Source of the DNA: Octopus bimaculoides
Lineage: Eukaryota
DNA: 64,000 bases
Assembly: GCF_001194135.2 (NCBI RefSeq)
Contig: NC_069001.1
Location: forward strand, 7,261,384 to 7,325,383
Direction: 5' to 3'
The notes below the pieces were generated by a model. That model saw only the letters and a list, made by a program, of their open reading frames with translations. It did not search any database and was not told where the DNA came from. Made by a program: the position numbers and the translations under genes. Positions 51,831 through 63,744 of the stretch are shown here, in pieces (the stretch's first letter is position 1; each line of letters starts with the position of its first letter).

Positions 51831-53558
51831 TTATATATTAACAGTTGCTACACTTGAAGCATTCCAGTTGCTTCAAAATCCTCCAATTATGCCACAACAA
51901 ATCAGTGAATCAGCTATTGTTTGTTATTAACTATTTTGAAACCAAGCTACCCAAGATGGCTTCTGCTGTTATCATACAAACTTCCTGTATTTCAAAGTAA
52001 TCTTAGTTAAACCCTCCCATCTAAATTTCTTGTTTATTATGTTCCAAACACTGGTTTAATAATGACAGTTCTTTAACTAAAAACTTCCTTATTTTCAAAA
52101 ATGAACTTCAGAAAAGACAGTCTATGTAAAGGCTTTAGTGAAATCTAGAATTGCGATAGATATACAATCACATAATTTTTCTTCATTTCGTTTTTAAAAT
52201 TGTTCATAGAATATACCGAAACTAATGGAATGAAAGCAAGGCTTCTGCTGAAGTGTGAATCATCTTGCTCACATTCCCAGTTAAGAAGAACTCAACTGTG
52301 TCACTATAAAAGATATTTACACCTATGTGAACATGGTTCAACTAATCAGATCAGCTGGTGTGTGATAAAATGGTGATAAACTTGAAAGTAAGTTTTGTGA
52401 ATTTTCTTGCTAAATCATTTAGACGAAAGTTTTGGAAGTTTTGACTGAATGTTATAAAAACTTGAATATTGAGCTTGCAAAGAGAACAATGTTCAGTGCT
52501 ACACAGAACTTTGTCAGTCAGTTTTGTCATAATATATTCTTCCTTTTTCTACATATTCTGTCTTTAATAACCATGAACAATTTCCATATAATAACCAAAA
52601 TATCGTATGCAATATTACTTTTAACTATCGCATTTGTTATATCTTGTATGTTGTTTAATTCAATAATTGCTTGACATATGTATATGCAAATGTTTCAGGT
52701 AGCAAAACAATTTGCAAACTTATGAAACATTAGCGTGGCCATTTTCACTCTAACATGCAGCCTAGCAGCCTATTTATTATTGTGTGCTGCCAATGATAAA
52801 TTAAGGACTAAGAATTACTAAGGAAGTCTGCTAATATCATTAGATGAAGATTCAGGAACTTCAATGGCCAATCTACAACAGGCTATTGCTTAGCACAGAA
52901 TATGCACTACTACCACCATCAGAGTAACCCCACTAAGGACAATAATATATAATTAATTAATCATTAGTGAATGTGTGGGTGTGAAGTCATTAACATTTAA
53001 CTATGGGTAGCCACAAGTGGGTCGGCTTCTATGGAGTCTAGCTGCCCTAATTGTTGAAACTAAGGTTAAATCATTTCTCACAAACACAGATGACAAAACA
53101 GTGAAAGATAACTACTTCAAACAGCACTTAACTGATATATTACAAATTGTAAGTAGAATAGCAAAGAGGAGGTAACTCTTCAGCAATGTCAATGAAACAG
53201 GTCACATCCTGCTGGAAGACTACTCAAGTTAAAGTATTATGAATTTAGGTTAGAATTTTTGTGAGAGAATCTCTTGAAAAAGCGACAGCTCCAGTGCTAA
53301 CAAAAACCTGATTACTATGTATGTCAATGCTGTGTGGTTTTAGAATCTCTTGTGATTCATAATATTTTAGTTAACATATCCACAAATAATAATAACAATC
53401 TTTTTTACTTTAGGTACAAGGCCTGAAATTTTTGGGGAGGAGACTAGTTGATTACATAAATTAAGTACCAGTGAAACTCTGGAGTTTCACTGGTACTTAA
53501 TTTATCAACCCTGAAACAATGAAAGGCAATAATTAATAATAATAATGATGATGATAAT

Positions 53559-53839
53559 AAATGCTCTGATGCTGTATCAGGCAGTGGCTCTCATGGCTTC
53601 TGATCTTAACTAGTTGGAAATGTTAACACGTACATGGTTTGTCTCGGTGTAAAATATTCTGCTCAGTATCACAGATTTGCTTGTCAGTTCATGCCAGTCA
53701 TGAAACATCCCTGAAAGTTTCATCCAAATCCATCCAGCAGTTCTTGAGATATATTGCCCACGGACAGACAAACAAACAAACAAACAAACAAACAAACAAA
53801 CATGACTGAAAAGAATACCTCTGCCTTAGCGAAGGTGGA

Positions 53840-53847
<8 letters not shown>
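53559..53847 (-). mobile_element. Non-autonomous Helitron2/Helentron-like (HINE/DINE-1-type) element
   Basis: On the minus strand it has a 5' hairpin acctccacctt-cgct-aaggcagaggt, a (TTTG)n tract, the core ctcaagaactgctggatggatttggatgaaactt and a 3' hairpin tgcctg...cagagca, inserted in an AAT-rich site. Confidence 0.55.
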
Positions 53848-53884
<37 letters not shown>

Positions 53885-53888
<4 letters not shown>

Positions 53889-54370
53889 GCTTCCAAATTT
53901 TGGCACCAGGTTAGCAATTTTAAGGAGAGGGATAAGTTGAACTCAGGGCTCAGCTGGTATTTATTTTATCAATCCTGAAGGGATGAATGGCATAGTCAAC
54001 CTCAGCAACATTCGAACTCAGACAAAGTCCACAAAGCATTTTGTCCAGGGTGCTAATGGTTCTGCCAGCTCGCAACTGGAATAACATTGGTTTCAAATTT
54101 TGGCACAAGGCCAGCATTTTCAGGGCAAAGAGAGCAAATCGACTACATCGACCCCAGTGCTCAACTGGTACAGATTTTATCAGCCCCGAAAGAATTAAAG
54201 GCAAAGTTGACACCAGCAGCGTTTGAACTCAGAATGTCAAGATGGACGAAATGCAGCTAAGCATTTTTCCCAGCATGCTAATGACTCTGCCAGCTTGCTG
54301 CTGGAATAACAATGATCGTTTCTACTTTAGGTGGAAGTTCAGCAATTTTTTGAGGGTAGGGGTAAAGTCA
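53885..54370 (-). mobile_element. Tandem array of diverged SINE C copies (another copy at 53395-53530)
   Basis: Repeated aaattttggcac..gg / gaactcaga / ctgccagct modules in the same orientation. Confidence 0.7.
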
Positions 54371-54606
54371 GACTAATAAAAGACTGCCAGGTCATGGCTA
54401 GAAATGACTCGTATCATATGCTCGCTGGATGAAACCTGACCTTGGGCTACAAGACAACACGACTACAACAACATCAATGATGACAATGACAACGCCAACT
54501 AATCGAATGAGCCATCAGAGAAAATGAACAACAGTATATTAAATTGGTCAATAGATTTCATGTCACTTGTTTCATTTAGCATGTATTAATGAAATTCTCT
54601 AACCTA

Positions 54607-54652
<46 letters not shown>

Positions 54653-54791
54653 TAAAAAATCAATACCTTAGCTATTCCCTTTTATCTATAGTCAGCAAAA
54701 ATCATTCATAATTCATAAAAAACTGCGTCAATCATAAATAATTTATGACGACTTTTACTCCTCTATTTCATGTTTTTATGTTTTGCTTCTC

Positions 54792-54831
<40 letters not shown>

Positions 54832-55104
54832 CATGTGTGCCCAGGGGTCTTTGTGCCTGTGTACATTTGTGTGTATGTATATATGTAATGTGTGTGTGTG
54901 TGTGTGTTTATTTGTCAATGTCTTTCTCTTTCTATAACAGTCCCACAGTGTTACAAATTGACATTTCAAAGCAAACATTGTTTTATATTATGAATTGTCC
55001 TCACATCCAGTTCCATTGTTTAAAGTAGCAAAGCATGACAGCTGCAACAATCCAAATGAAAGATTTTTTTTTCAAAAGCATGGCAATAATTGGCAACAGT
55101 CCAT

Positions 55105-55243
55105 CCTGTAAAGTGGTTGGCATTAGGAAGGGCATCCAGCCAGCACAGATAGTGGGTGGAACTTGGTGCGGTTCTCTGGCTTGCCAGCTCCTGTCAAATC
55201 AGCCAGCCGTGCCAGGATCAAAGACAAATATTAAATGATGATG
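55105..55243 (+). mobile_element. RTE-related 3' tail, diverged
   Basis: gtggttggcattaggaagggcatccagc...aaatgatgatg. Confidence 0.6.
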
Positions 55244-55801
55244 GCAAATCTATTTTAAGGAAATTCATATTTTTTTTAACATATATATAGGAGCAGGTGT
55301 GGCTGTGAGGTAAGAAACTTACTTCCCAACCACATGGTTCCAGGCTCAGTCCCACTCATGCACCTTGGACGATTTTGGGCCTATATTATTGATTCTGTTA
55401 TTATCAATTTTATTTGTTACACTAGATAATAACACAGTCGATAATATCTTCGCAAATATTTTTCTCCTGAATTATTTGCTCCATATTGAAATTATTTTCA
55501 CACTGTTGGCTGCCATGATTCGGCACAAAATGAATCAGATGCAACACAGACTTCAGTATGATGGGTTGGGGCTCTCCATCATCATAACGTGTACTGAGGA
55601 AAGGTGAGGCTATAATGCCAGTCCAGAAACTGGTCCATATGAGTCCAAATACTTGAATGTATGCTGAGAGATTGTCTTAACCTGTTTGCCTTCAGACACT
55701 TGATTTCTCTAGTTATCATCAGTATATTTTGGCGATTTAAATTAGAGTTTTGACTGCTATTTCCAGCAGGTAGACATACTTAGTATGTCCTTTGATTAAT
55801 T

Positions 55802-55845
<44 letters not shown>

Positions 55846-55936
55846 NNNNNNNNNNNNNNNNNTATATATACACACACACACACAAACACGCAGATATACA
55901 CACACACACACACGTTTACACACACACACACACACG

Positions 55937-55976
<40 letters not shown>

Positions 55977-56648
55977 TGTAAATTTTTTCTGATGAGGTGT
56001 CAAACAAACTCCACTTGTTAAGTTTATCACATTTTGTTAGGAGAATCATCAATATCATCATCACCACCATCAGCATGAACATCATCATCACCCCCACCAC
56101 CACCACCACCACCACCATCATCATCATCATGCAGTTACAGAGTTCCAGCTATTGATATGACAACAATGTATGTGAAACAAAGAAACCTATTTATTGTGTT
56201 GGAGGGGGAGGAAGCGGCAGAGTGCATTTTGGTGGGGGGAGGGAAGAAGGTACGAGGTTGGTGGTGGTGGTAGGAGAGTGGCCCCTTTCAATGGCTTCTG
56301 CTAATTCTATGATAAGAAAATAACTAAACCAAAAAACCTCAGGTGTGATATATCTGACACCTGTTAAGTTGAACTGATAAAATTACAAACCCCATAATAT
56401 AAACAAACAAATAAATAAATAAATAAATAAATAAATATAGACAGCCATGTTGACAAAGTTGATAAATTCCAGAAAAACTGAGCCTCAATTTTTCTGTATG
56501 TATGCATATGTATGTGTGCGTGTGTGTGTGTGTCTATATATGTGTGTATGTATATATGTGTGTGTGTGCGTGTATGTATATATGTGTGTATATATAAGTA
56601 TATGTGTGTGTATATGTGTGTGTGTATATGTGTGTGNNNNNNNNNNTA

Positions 56649-56696
<48 letters not shown>

Positions 56697-57111
56697 TATA
56701 TGTGCTATATGTATATAGCTGTATATATTTAAAGATAACCTTTTGTAAAAATGAACCATTTAGAACGACATCTGATTTAATTAAATAATAATAATTCTCA
56801 ATATCTATCACTCCTGTTGTTACCTGTCTTATCTAAATTCTATGTAGAACTACAACGAACTTAAAGTGACAAATCTTGAAACATTTTAACCAAAATTAAG
56901 GTTTCTTCCTCACAAGGTGAATGACCCTGTTACCATCACTGCGTCATCATCATCATCAACACCTTTACCCCAACCCCTCATCACTACCACCTAAGGGAAA
57001 TGGAGGAAAATTTCAGATTGTTATATTGCTGAAGACTAGGTTTCTGGATTTATGGCTGTATGGCTGTGTGGTAAGGAGTTTGCTTCCCAACAAATTAATC
57101 ATCTTCACTTA

Positions 57112-57285
57112 CAGCTGTTTCAATTAATAGTTAGTAAATATTAAGTAAATATAGCAGTCTGCTATAATGAATCCATAAACACATATAAAACATCCAAGGG
57201 TATATTTTTTACCCCTCTAAAGATATTATGCTCAGGTCATATAAATATAAATTTAATATTTACTGAGCATTAATTGAAACAGCTG
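57112..57285. mobile_element. Tc1/mariner-type MITE with TA target duplication
   Basis: TA|cagctgtttcaattaat..tagtaaatattaa ... ttaatatttactgagcattaattgaaacagctg|TA; imperfect TIRs of about 35 bp. Confidence 0.75.
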
Positions 57286-58600
57286 TAAAATTATTTACTT
57301 CCCAATCTCCATTTTCTTTTTCTTCTTTTATATGAATATAAACTATATGTTTATATATATAGACCTATTATTTTAAGGAAATTAATTCCCCCCAAATACT
57401 AGGTATTGAACCAGTATTTCCTCGAATGAAACCATTCCTTCATTAGGTTAACACAACCTCTAATAAAATTATATATATATATATAATAATATTATTATTA
57501 TTATTAAGGATAAAAATCCAAATTTACAGGTAAAAACTCAATTAAATTCAATTTATTAAAAATTAAAATTAAATTAAGTTTCACAGTATAAAATATAAGT
57601 ATATAGTTTTAGGGAAAAGAACCAATAAATAAATAAATTTATTTATTGTGCTTTTACTTATTAATTTTTCTATATGTGATAGTGGATTTTCATCGATGAG
57701 TTCATGAACCTTGGTTCTTTTCCCTAAAACTATATATAAACGTTAAAGACTTTCCGTATTCCCGAGCATCATACTAATACATCCATTTGTTGTTTACACC
57801 ACCTGTCCTCGTCTGTTGTTGTTTTTTCGTACATTCTCCCATATATNNNNNNNNNNNNNNNNNNNNNNNNNNNNNNNNNNNNNNNNNNNNNNNNNNNNNN
57901 NNNNNNNNNNNNNNNNNNNNNNNNNNNNNNNNACAACAGACTTCTTTCAGTCTTCATCTACTAAATCCTGGCTATGGTGACTGAACCCGGAACCATGAGG
58001 CCGGTAAATGTTAACTTCCTCCATTTTCTATGATTTAATGTCATGCCAGTCACATCTTATAAAGTACAAAAACAGAATGGGGAGGAGGAGGAGGAGAAGA
58101 AACAGGGGTGGGGGAATTCACCTGATGCCAGAATCGTGCATGACACATTAATGTTATTGTTTGCAACAAAAACACATGTACACACCCAGTAAAAACACAC
58201 ACAAAAAAAAAAACCCACAATAAACTAGCAAAAAGAAAACATACACACGTAAACACACACACTGACACTAGACACAAACACCCTCATACACTTATAGTTT
58301 AAATATATATACACACATCCAATGAAGAAAGTTAATTTGTCCAGCACATGATTTACAAAAGGAGAGACAGAGAGAGAGAGGAATGGAGAGGGGAGAGAAA
58401 GGGAGGGAGAGGGAGAGAGAGGGAGAGGGAGAAAGAGGGAGAGAGAGAATAAAAAGCTAAACATTATTATGTTACGTTGTTGGAACTTTAAAAATGTTGT
58501 GGTGAAATATTTAGGTTAGGATTTTTTTTCTGGATGAGAAACATAATTAGTTTATTTGGTTGCATAACTTGCTGGGTACAACTAGATCAGGACAGCACTC

Positions 58601-58638
<38 letters not shown>

Positions 58639-58920
58639 TTCTTTCTCTCTCTCTCTCTCACACGCACACACGAAGGAGTGCTGAAAAGTTCCTGGTTTTG
58701 GTTTAATGAGAAAATACAGGAGGATCAGTTAATTATGATTTTATTCAACGTATTCCCCTCTCAGATTCACACACTCATTACAGTAGTTCTTCAGTTTTTC
58801 TAAGCCCTATATAAGAACTCTGGATCTTGGGCCTCCAACCAGGCCTTTCGTGAAACCCTTAAAGCCTGGAACTTTCCAACATTGCCTTATATTATATACA
58901 TACATTCATACATAAACACA

Positions 58921-59280
58921 CAATCCTGTAGAAAAGGTGTAGGTAGAAACTTCATAAGATGTACCCAGTGTAAGCTATGGATGCATAAGAGGTGCAGCAG
59001 CCTCAAAGGAAGGTTAACCAGGAAGGTAGCTTTTGTGTGCGGCAGATGCACAGGGGCAATAAACACCGCAAATGCTCAGAAATCTGATTCCATCACATGC
59101 TATGGAGAGAAACTAGAAGTAGTTGATAGCTTCTGCTACCTACGCGACCAAGTCTGTAGCGAGGGTGGATGCTCCGAGAGTATTGCCACTAGAATAAGAA
59201 CAGCCTGGGCAAAGTTCAGAAAGCTCCTACTTCTACTGGTGACAAAGGGCCTCTCGCTCAGAGTGAAAGGTAGATTGTAA
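58921..59280 (+). mobile_element. RTE-clade non-LTR retrotransposon ORF2 fragment (PHD-like finger + C-terminal RT region), truncated
   Basis: Translation is CRKGVGRNFIRCTQCKLWMHKRCS...FVCGRC...EKLEVVDSFCYLRDQ...RIRTAWAKFRKLLLLLVTKGLSLRVKGRL. It shows the RTE-typical E.V..F.YLG motif (here YLR) and the RI..AW..FR.L.P.L motif. It ends at a SINE insertion. Confidence 0.85.
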
Positions 59281-59344
59281 GACCGAGACGTAGCAGGTGT
59301 GGCTGTGNNNNNNNNNNGCCTCTCGCTCAGAGTGAAAGGTAGAT

Positions 59345-59646
59345 TGTAAGACCGAGACGTAGCAGGTGTGGCTGTGTGGTAAGAAGCTTGCTTCCCAACC
59401 ACATGTTTCTGGGTTCAGTCTCACTGCATAGCACCTCTTCTACTATAAGGTCTTGGGCCGACCAAAACCTTGTGAGTGGATTTGGTAGATGGAAACTGAA
59501 AGCCCATTGTGTATATGTATGTATATATATATATCTATGTGTGTGTGTTTTTGCAGCTGTATTCGTCCCCCCCCCCCAGACACACACACACAGCTTGACA
59601 AACTGGTGTTAGTGTGTTTACATCCCCGTAACTTAGTGGTTCGGCA
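59345..59646 (+). mobile_element. SINE family A adjoining the RTE ORF2 fragment
   Basis: Head, microsatellite and the start of the 3' half are visible before the N gap. Confidence 0.8.
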
Positions 59647-60133
59647 NNNNNNNNNNNNNNNNNNNNNNNNNNNNNNNNNNNNNNNNNNNNNNNNNNNNNN
59701 NNNNNNNNNNNNNNNNNNNNNNNNNNNNNNNNNNNNNNNNNNNNNNNNNNNNNNNNNNNNNNNNNNNNNNNNNNNNNNNNNNNNNNNNNNNNNNNNNNNN
59801 NNNNNNNNNNNNNNNNNNNNNNNNNNNNNNNNNNNNNNNNNNNNNNNNNNNNNNNNNNNNNNNNNNNNNNNNNNNNNNNNNNNNNNNNNNNNNNNNNNNN
59901 NNNNNNNNNNNNNNNNNNNNNNNNNNNNNNNNNNNNNNNNNNNNNNNNNNNNNNNNNNNNNNNNNNNNNNNNNNNNNNNNNNNNNNNNNNNNNNNNNNNN
60001 NNNNNNNNNNNNNNNNNNNNNNNNNNNNNNNNNNNNNNNNNNNNNNNNNNNNNNNNNNNNNNNNNNNNNNNNNNNNNNNNNNNNNNNNNNNNNNNNNNNN
60101 NNNNNNNNNNNNNNNNNNNNNNNNNNNNNNNNN

Positions 60134-60445
60134 GAAATTAACATGCCAGTGGTTGAGCACTCCAAAGACACATGTACCCTTATCGTAGTTCTCAGGGATA
60201 TTTAGCGTGACACAGTGTGACAAGGCTGACCCTTTGAATTACAGGCACAACAGAAACAGGAAGTAAGAGTGAGAGAAAGTTGTGGCGAAAGAGTACAGCA
60301 GGGTTTGCCATCATCCCCTGCCGGAGCCTCGTGGAGCTTTAGATGTTTTCACTCAATAAACACTCACAATGCTCGGTCTGGGAATCGAAACCGCGATCCT
60401 ATGACCGCGAGTCAGCTGCCCTAACCACTGGGCCATTGCGCCTCC
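60134..60445 (-). mobile_element. tRNA-derived SINE family D
   Basis: Head ggaggcgcaaTGGCCCAGTGGttagggc...GGTTTCGATTCCC (A and B boxes). The 3' part (ccttgtcacactgtgtcacgct...ccctgagaactacg) is shared with family E. Confidence 0.8.
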
Positions 60446-61001
60446 ACTTGTATTAGGGTTGACCTAGGGCTAAACAACATCATCAACAACAACAATGATG
60501 ATGACCATCATGGTCAGAACATTTAAGACTTTCTTTGCATATATCCAAAACAGAAGGAAGCCTTCCTCTTCACTTTTCCATGGCCATCCATAAAAGGGGG
60601 TGGAATTACTTTAAAAAATATAATCCTGATCTAGAAATGTCTTGAGGAGGAGGAGGAGGAGGAGGAGCAGGAGGAGGCAGTGCTCCAGCATGGTCTGAGC
60701 AAACTACAGAACTAAAACCCTTTGTTTGTTTGTTTCTTTGTTTCTTTCTTTCTTCAATCTCATCCACTCATCTCTCCCAGAATCCTACATCTTTTAACCA
60801 AGGACCAGTTAGATCAAAAACACATAAAGATACATCATCTTAACCTCAACATATGGAAGCCTTGGAAATCCTGAACTCTCTCAGACTTCAAACAGAAACC
60901 AGAAATCCTTTATTTTCTTTGACAGATTTTTTTTCTTTGACAGATTTTTTTTTTTTGATTTATTTTGTGTTTTTTTTCTTATTTTGTATTACATATTTAC
61001 T

Positions 61002-61032
<31 letters not shown>

Positions 61033-61208
61033 TTTTATTAAAGCTGCAAAGGAAAGCTGTTCCATTTGGAACAACGGAACAATACCGTGATGACATCATT
61101 GTTAGACTGGCAGGGAAATAGCTACATCGGTGCCGTTATAGTGCTTGCAGAGATAAGACGGCTTCTGGGAAACACACACGTGTGTGTGTAGTGTGTGTGT
61201 TTGTGTGT

Positions 61209-61600
61209 ATGTCAGTATATGTGTGCATCCACATCCATGAGTGTGTATGTGCCTACATCTGTGTATTTGTATATGTTTGTTTATATACATATGTGTCTGT
61301 CTGTCTGTACAAGTATGTGCGTGAGAGAGTACATACAGACGCATGTCAGTATGTGTGTGTGTATCCACAGTCATGAGTGTGTATGTGTCTACATCTGTGT
61401 ATTTGTATATGCCTGTTTATATACATATGTCTGTCTGTCTGTCTATCCGCAAGCATGTGTGTGAGAGAGTGCATACACACGCATGTCAGTATGTGTGTGT
61501 ATTCCACATCCATATGAGTGTGTATGTGTCTACATCTGTGTATTTGTATATGCCTGTTTATATACATATATGTGTCTGTCTTTCTGCAAGTATGTATATG
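61209..61600. repeat. Tandem triplication of a 134-140 bp GT-rich unit
   Basis: atgtcagtat... starts at 61209, 61343 and 61483 (the third unit is partial). Confidence 0.75.
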
Positions 61601-61759
61601 TGTATATATGTGTGTGTGTGTCATAGAATGAGACCTGGAATTGATTGTCTTCATGACAAAACATGTTTTTTTTTCCCTACTTTCACAACATATTCAATGC
61701 CAATGACATTCATTTAAGCTCTGCAATAAACACAACACTGTCACAACTCCTCTCGCATA

Positions 61760-62460
61760 GTCTCTACCTAGCAATACAAGGCTGCCAAGGCATAATATCA
61801 ACCAAACAAAACAAAGCTACCATCTCTGCCTCCCACTTAGTCTGTACTGAGTAATACAAGGTCACCATAGCTTCCTCTTACATAGTCTATACCTAATAAT
61901 AAAGGGCTACCATAGCTCCCTCTTACATAATCTGTACCCAGAAATACAGGGCTACCATAGCTGCTTCTTACATAATCTGTACCTAGTAATAAAGGGCCAC
62001 TATAGCTCCCTTATACACAATTTGAATCTAGTAGTAAATGCCTAGTAATAAAGGGCTACCATAGCTCCCTCTCACATAAACTGAACCTAGTCATACAGAT
62101 CCACTACAGCTCCCTATTACACAATCTGTACCTAGTAATAAAGGACCACCATGGCACCCTATTGCATAATCTGTTCCTAGTTGTACAGAGCCATAACAGC
62201 TCCCTATTATATAATCTGTACCTAGTAATAAATGCCTAGTAATAAAGGGCTACCATAGCTCCCTCATTCATAATCTGCACGTAGAAAAAAAGGGCCATTA
62301 TAGCTCCCTCTAACACAATCTGCACCTGGTAATAAAGCGCTACCATAGCTCCATCGTACATAATCTTAGTTGTACAGAGTCACACCAGCTCTCTATTACA
62401 AAATCTGTACCAAGTCATGAAGGGCTATCATGGGTCTCTCTTACCCAGTCTATACCTAGG
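61760..62460. repeat. Minisatellite, 45-bp unit (gggctaccatagctccctcttacataatctgtacctagtaataaa), about 15 diverged copies
   Basis: Unit starts at 61904, 61949 and 61994. Confidence 0.85.
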
Positions 62461-63228
62461 TTTCATAGCAACTCCAAAAATTGATAACATTTTTAAGACA
62501 ATATGTGCGATATTTTAGAATTTTTAACAACTTACAAAATAATTGAATGTGACAAACATGTATATATATATATATATATNNNNNNNNNNNNNNNNNNNNN
62601 NNNNNNNNNNNNNNNNNNNNNNNNNNNNNNNNNNNNNNNNNNNNNNNNNNNNNNNNNNNNNNNNNNNNNNNNNNNNNNNNNNNNNNNNNNNNNNNNNNNN
62701 NNNNNNNNNNNNNNNNNNNNNNNNNNNNNNNNNNNNNNNNNNNNNNNNNNNNNNNNNNNNNNNNNNNNNNNNNNNNNNNNNNNNNNNNNNNNNNNNNNNN
62801 NNNNNNNNNNNNNNNNNNNNNNNNNNNNNNNNNNNNNNNNNNNNNNNNNNNNNNNNNNNNNNNNNNNNNNNNNNNNNNNNNNNNNNNNNNNNNNNNNNNN
62901 NNNNNNNNNNNNNNNNNNNNNNNNNNNNNNNNNNNNNNNNNNNNNNNNNNNNNNNNNNNNNNNNNNNNNNNNNNNNNNNNNNNNNNNNNNNNNNNNNNNN
63001 NNNNNNNNNNNNNNNNNNNNNNNNNNNNNNNNNNNNNNNNNNNNNNNNNNNNNNNNNNNNNNNNNNNNNNNNNNNNNNNNNNNNNNNNNNNNNNNNNNNN
63101 NNNNNNNNNNNNNNNNNNNNNNNNNNNNNNNNNNNNNNNNNNNNNNNNNNNNNNNNNNNNNNNNNNNNNNNNNNNNNNNNNNNNNNNNNNNNNNNNNNNN
63201 NNNNNNNNNNNNNNNNNNNNNNNNNNNC

Positions 63229-63255
63229 GGTTGTCAAGCGATGTTGAGGGGACAA

Positions 63256-63288
<33 letters not shown>

Positions 63289-63460
63289 CATATATACGAC
63301 GGTCTTCTTTCAGTTTCCGTCTACCATATCCACTCACAAGGCTTTGGTCGGCCCGAGGCTATAGTAGAAGACACTTGCCCAAGGTGCCACGCAGTGGGAC
63401 TGAACCCGGAACCATGTGGTTCGTAAGCAAGCTACTTACCACACAGCCGCACCTGCACCT
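63229..63460 (-). mobile_element. SINE family A, 5' two-thirds
   Basis: Near-consensus reverse complement starting at the N gap. Confidence 0.85.
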
Positions 63461-63569
63461 GTACTGTATATTTTTTATCATTTTTATAAGTTGTATATAT
63501 TTATTTTACTATAAACGCAAAACAACACCATAGAGGAATCGCCGTAAGCTTAAATAATAAACTGAGATA

Positions 63570-63624
63570 GGTGAACCACGATTGGTGAACCACGATTGAT
63601 GAATCATGATTGATGAACCACGAT
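63570..63624. repeat. Four tandem copies of a 14-bp unit (ggtgaaccacgatt)
   Basis: Units start at 63570, 63584, 63598 and 63612. Confidence 0.8.
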
Positions 63625-63744
63625 ATGCCAAGGGATTACTGTATAATAATATTATTTTTTGTAATACACTATCTTGGCATTCTTTTTACTTTACATCAAA
63701 TATTCTTAACATTCTACTGTTGTTTTATTGCCATTTATTTACAA

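Noticed and set aside
47481-53847. A single 6.4-kb Helitron formed by the 53.8 kb 5' end and the 47.5 kb 3' end
   Set aside because: The 53.8 kb element appears to have its own 3' hairpin at about 53560, so the two are better explained as separate copies.
54667-54685. 19-nt exon-like segment with AAG|GTATTG donor
   Set aside because: It has stops in all three phases and a weak pyrimidine tract.
58219-58224. 6-nt microexon candidate TTTATT with a strong acceptor
   Set aside because: It lies in low-complexity poly-T/GT sequence where such matches are expected by chance.
59249-59376. 59-bp direct repeat (59249-59307 and 59318-59376) resembling a large TSD
   Set aside because: The two copies are identical and flank a 10-N gap, so this is most likely a contig-overlap assembly artefact.
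60370-60445. tRNA-like sequences with A/B boxes (also the heads of the other SINEs)
   Set aside because: They have no complete cloverleaf and continue into SINE bodies, so they are tRNA-derived SINE heads rather than tRNA genes.
61760-62460. Regularly spaced repeats resembling a CRISPR array (also 41060-41680)
   Set aside because: There are no unique spacers or cas genes and the context is eukaryotic; these are plain minisatellites.
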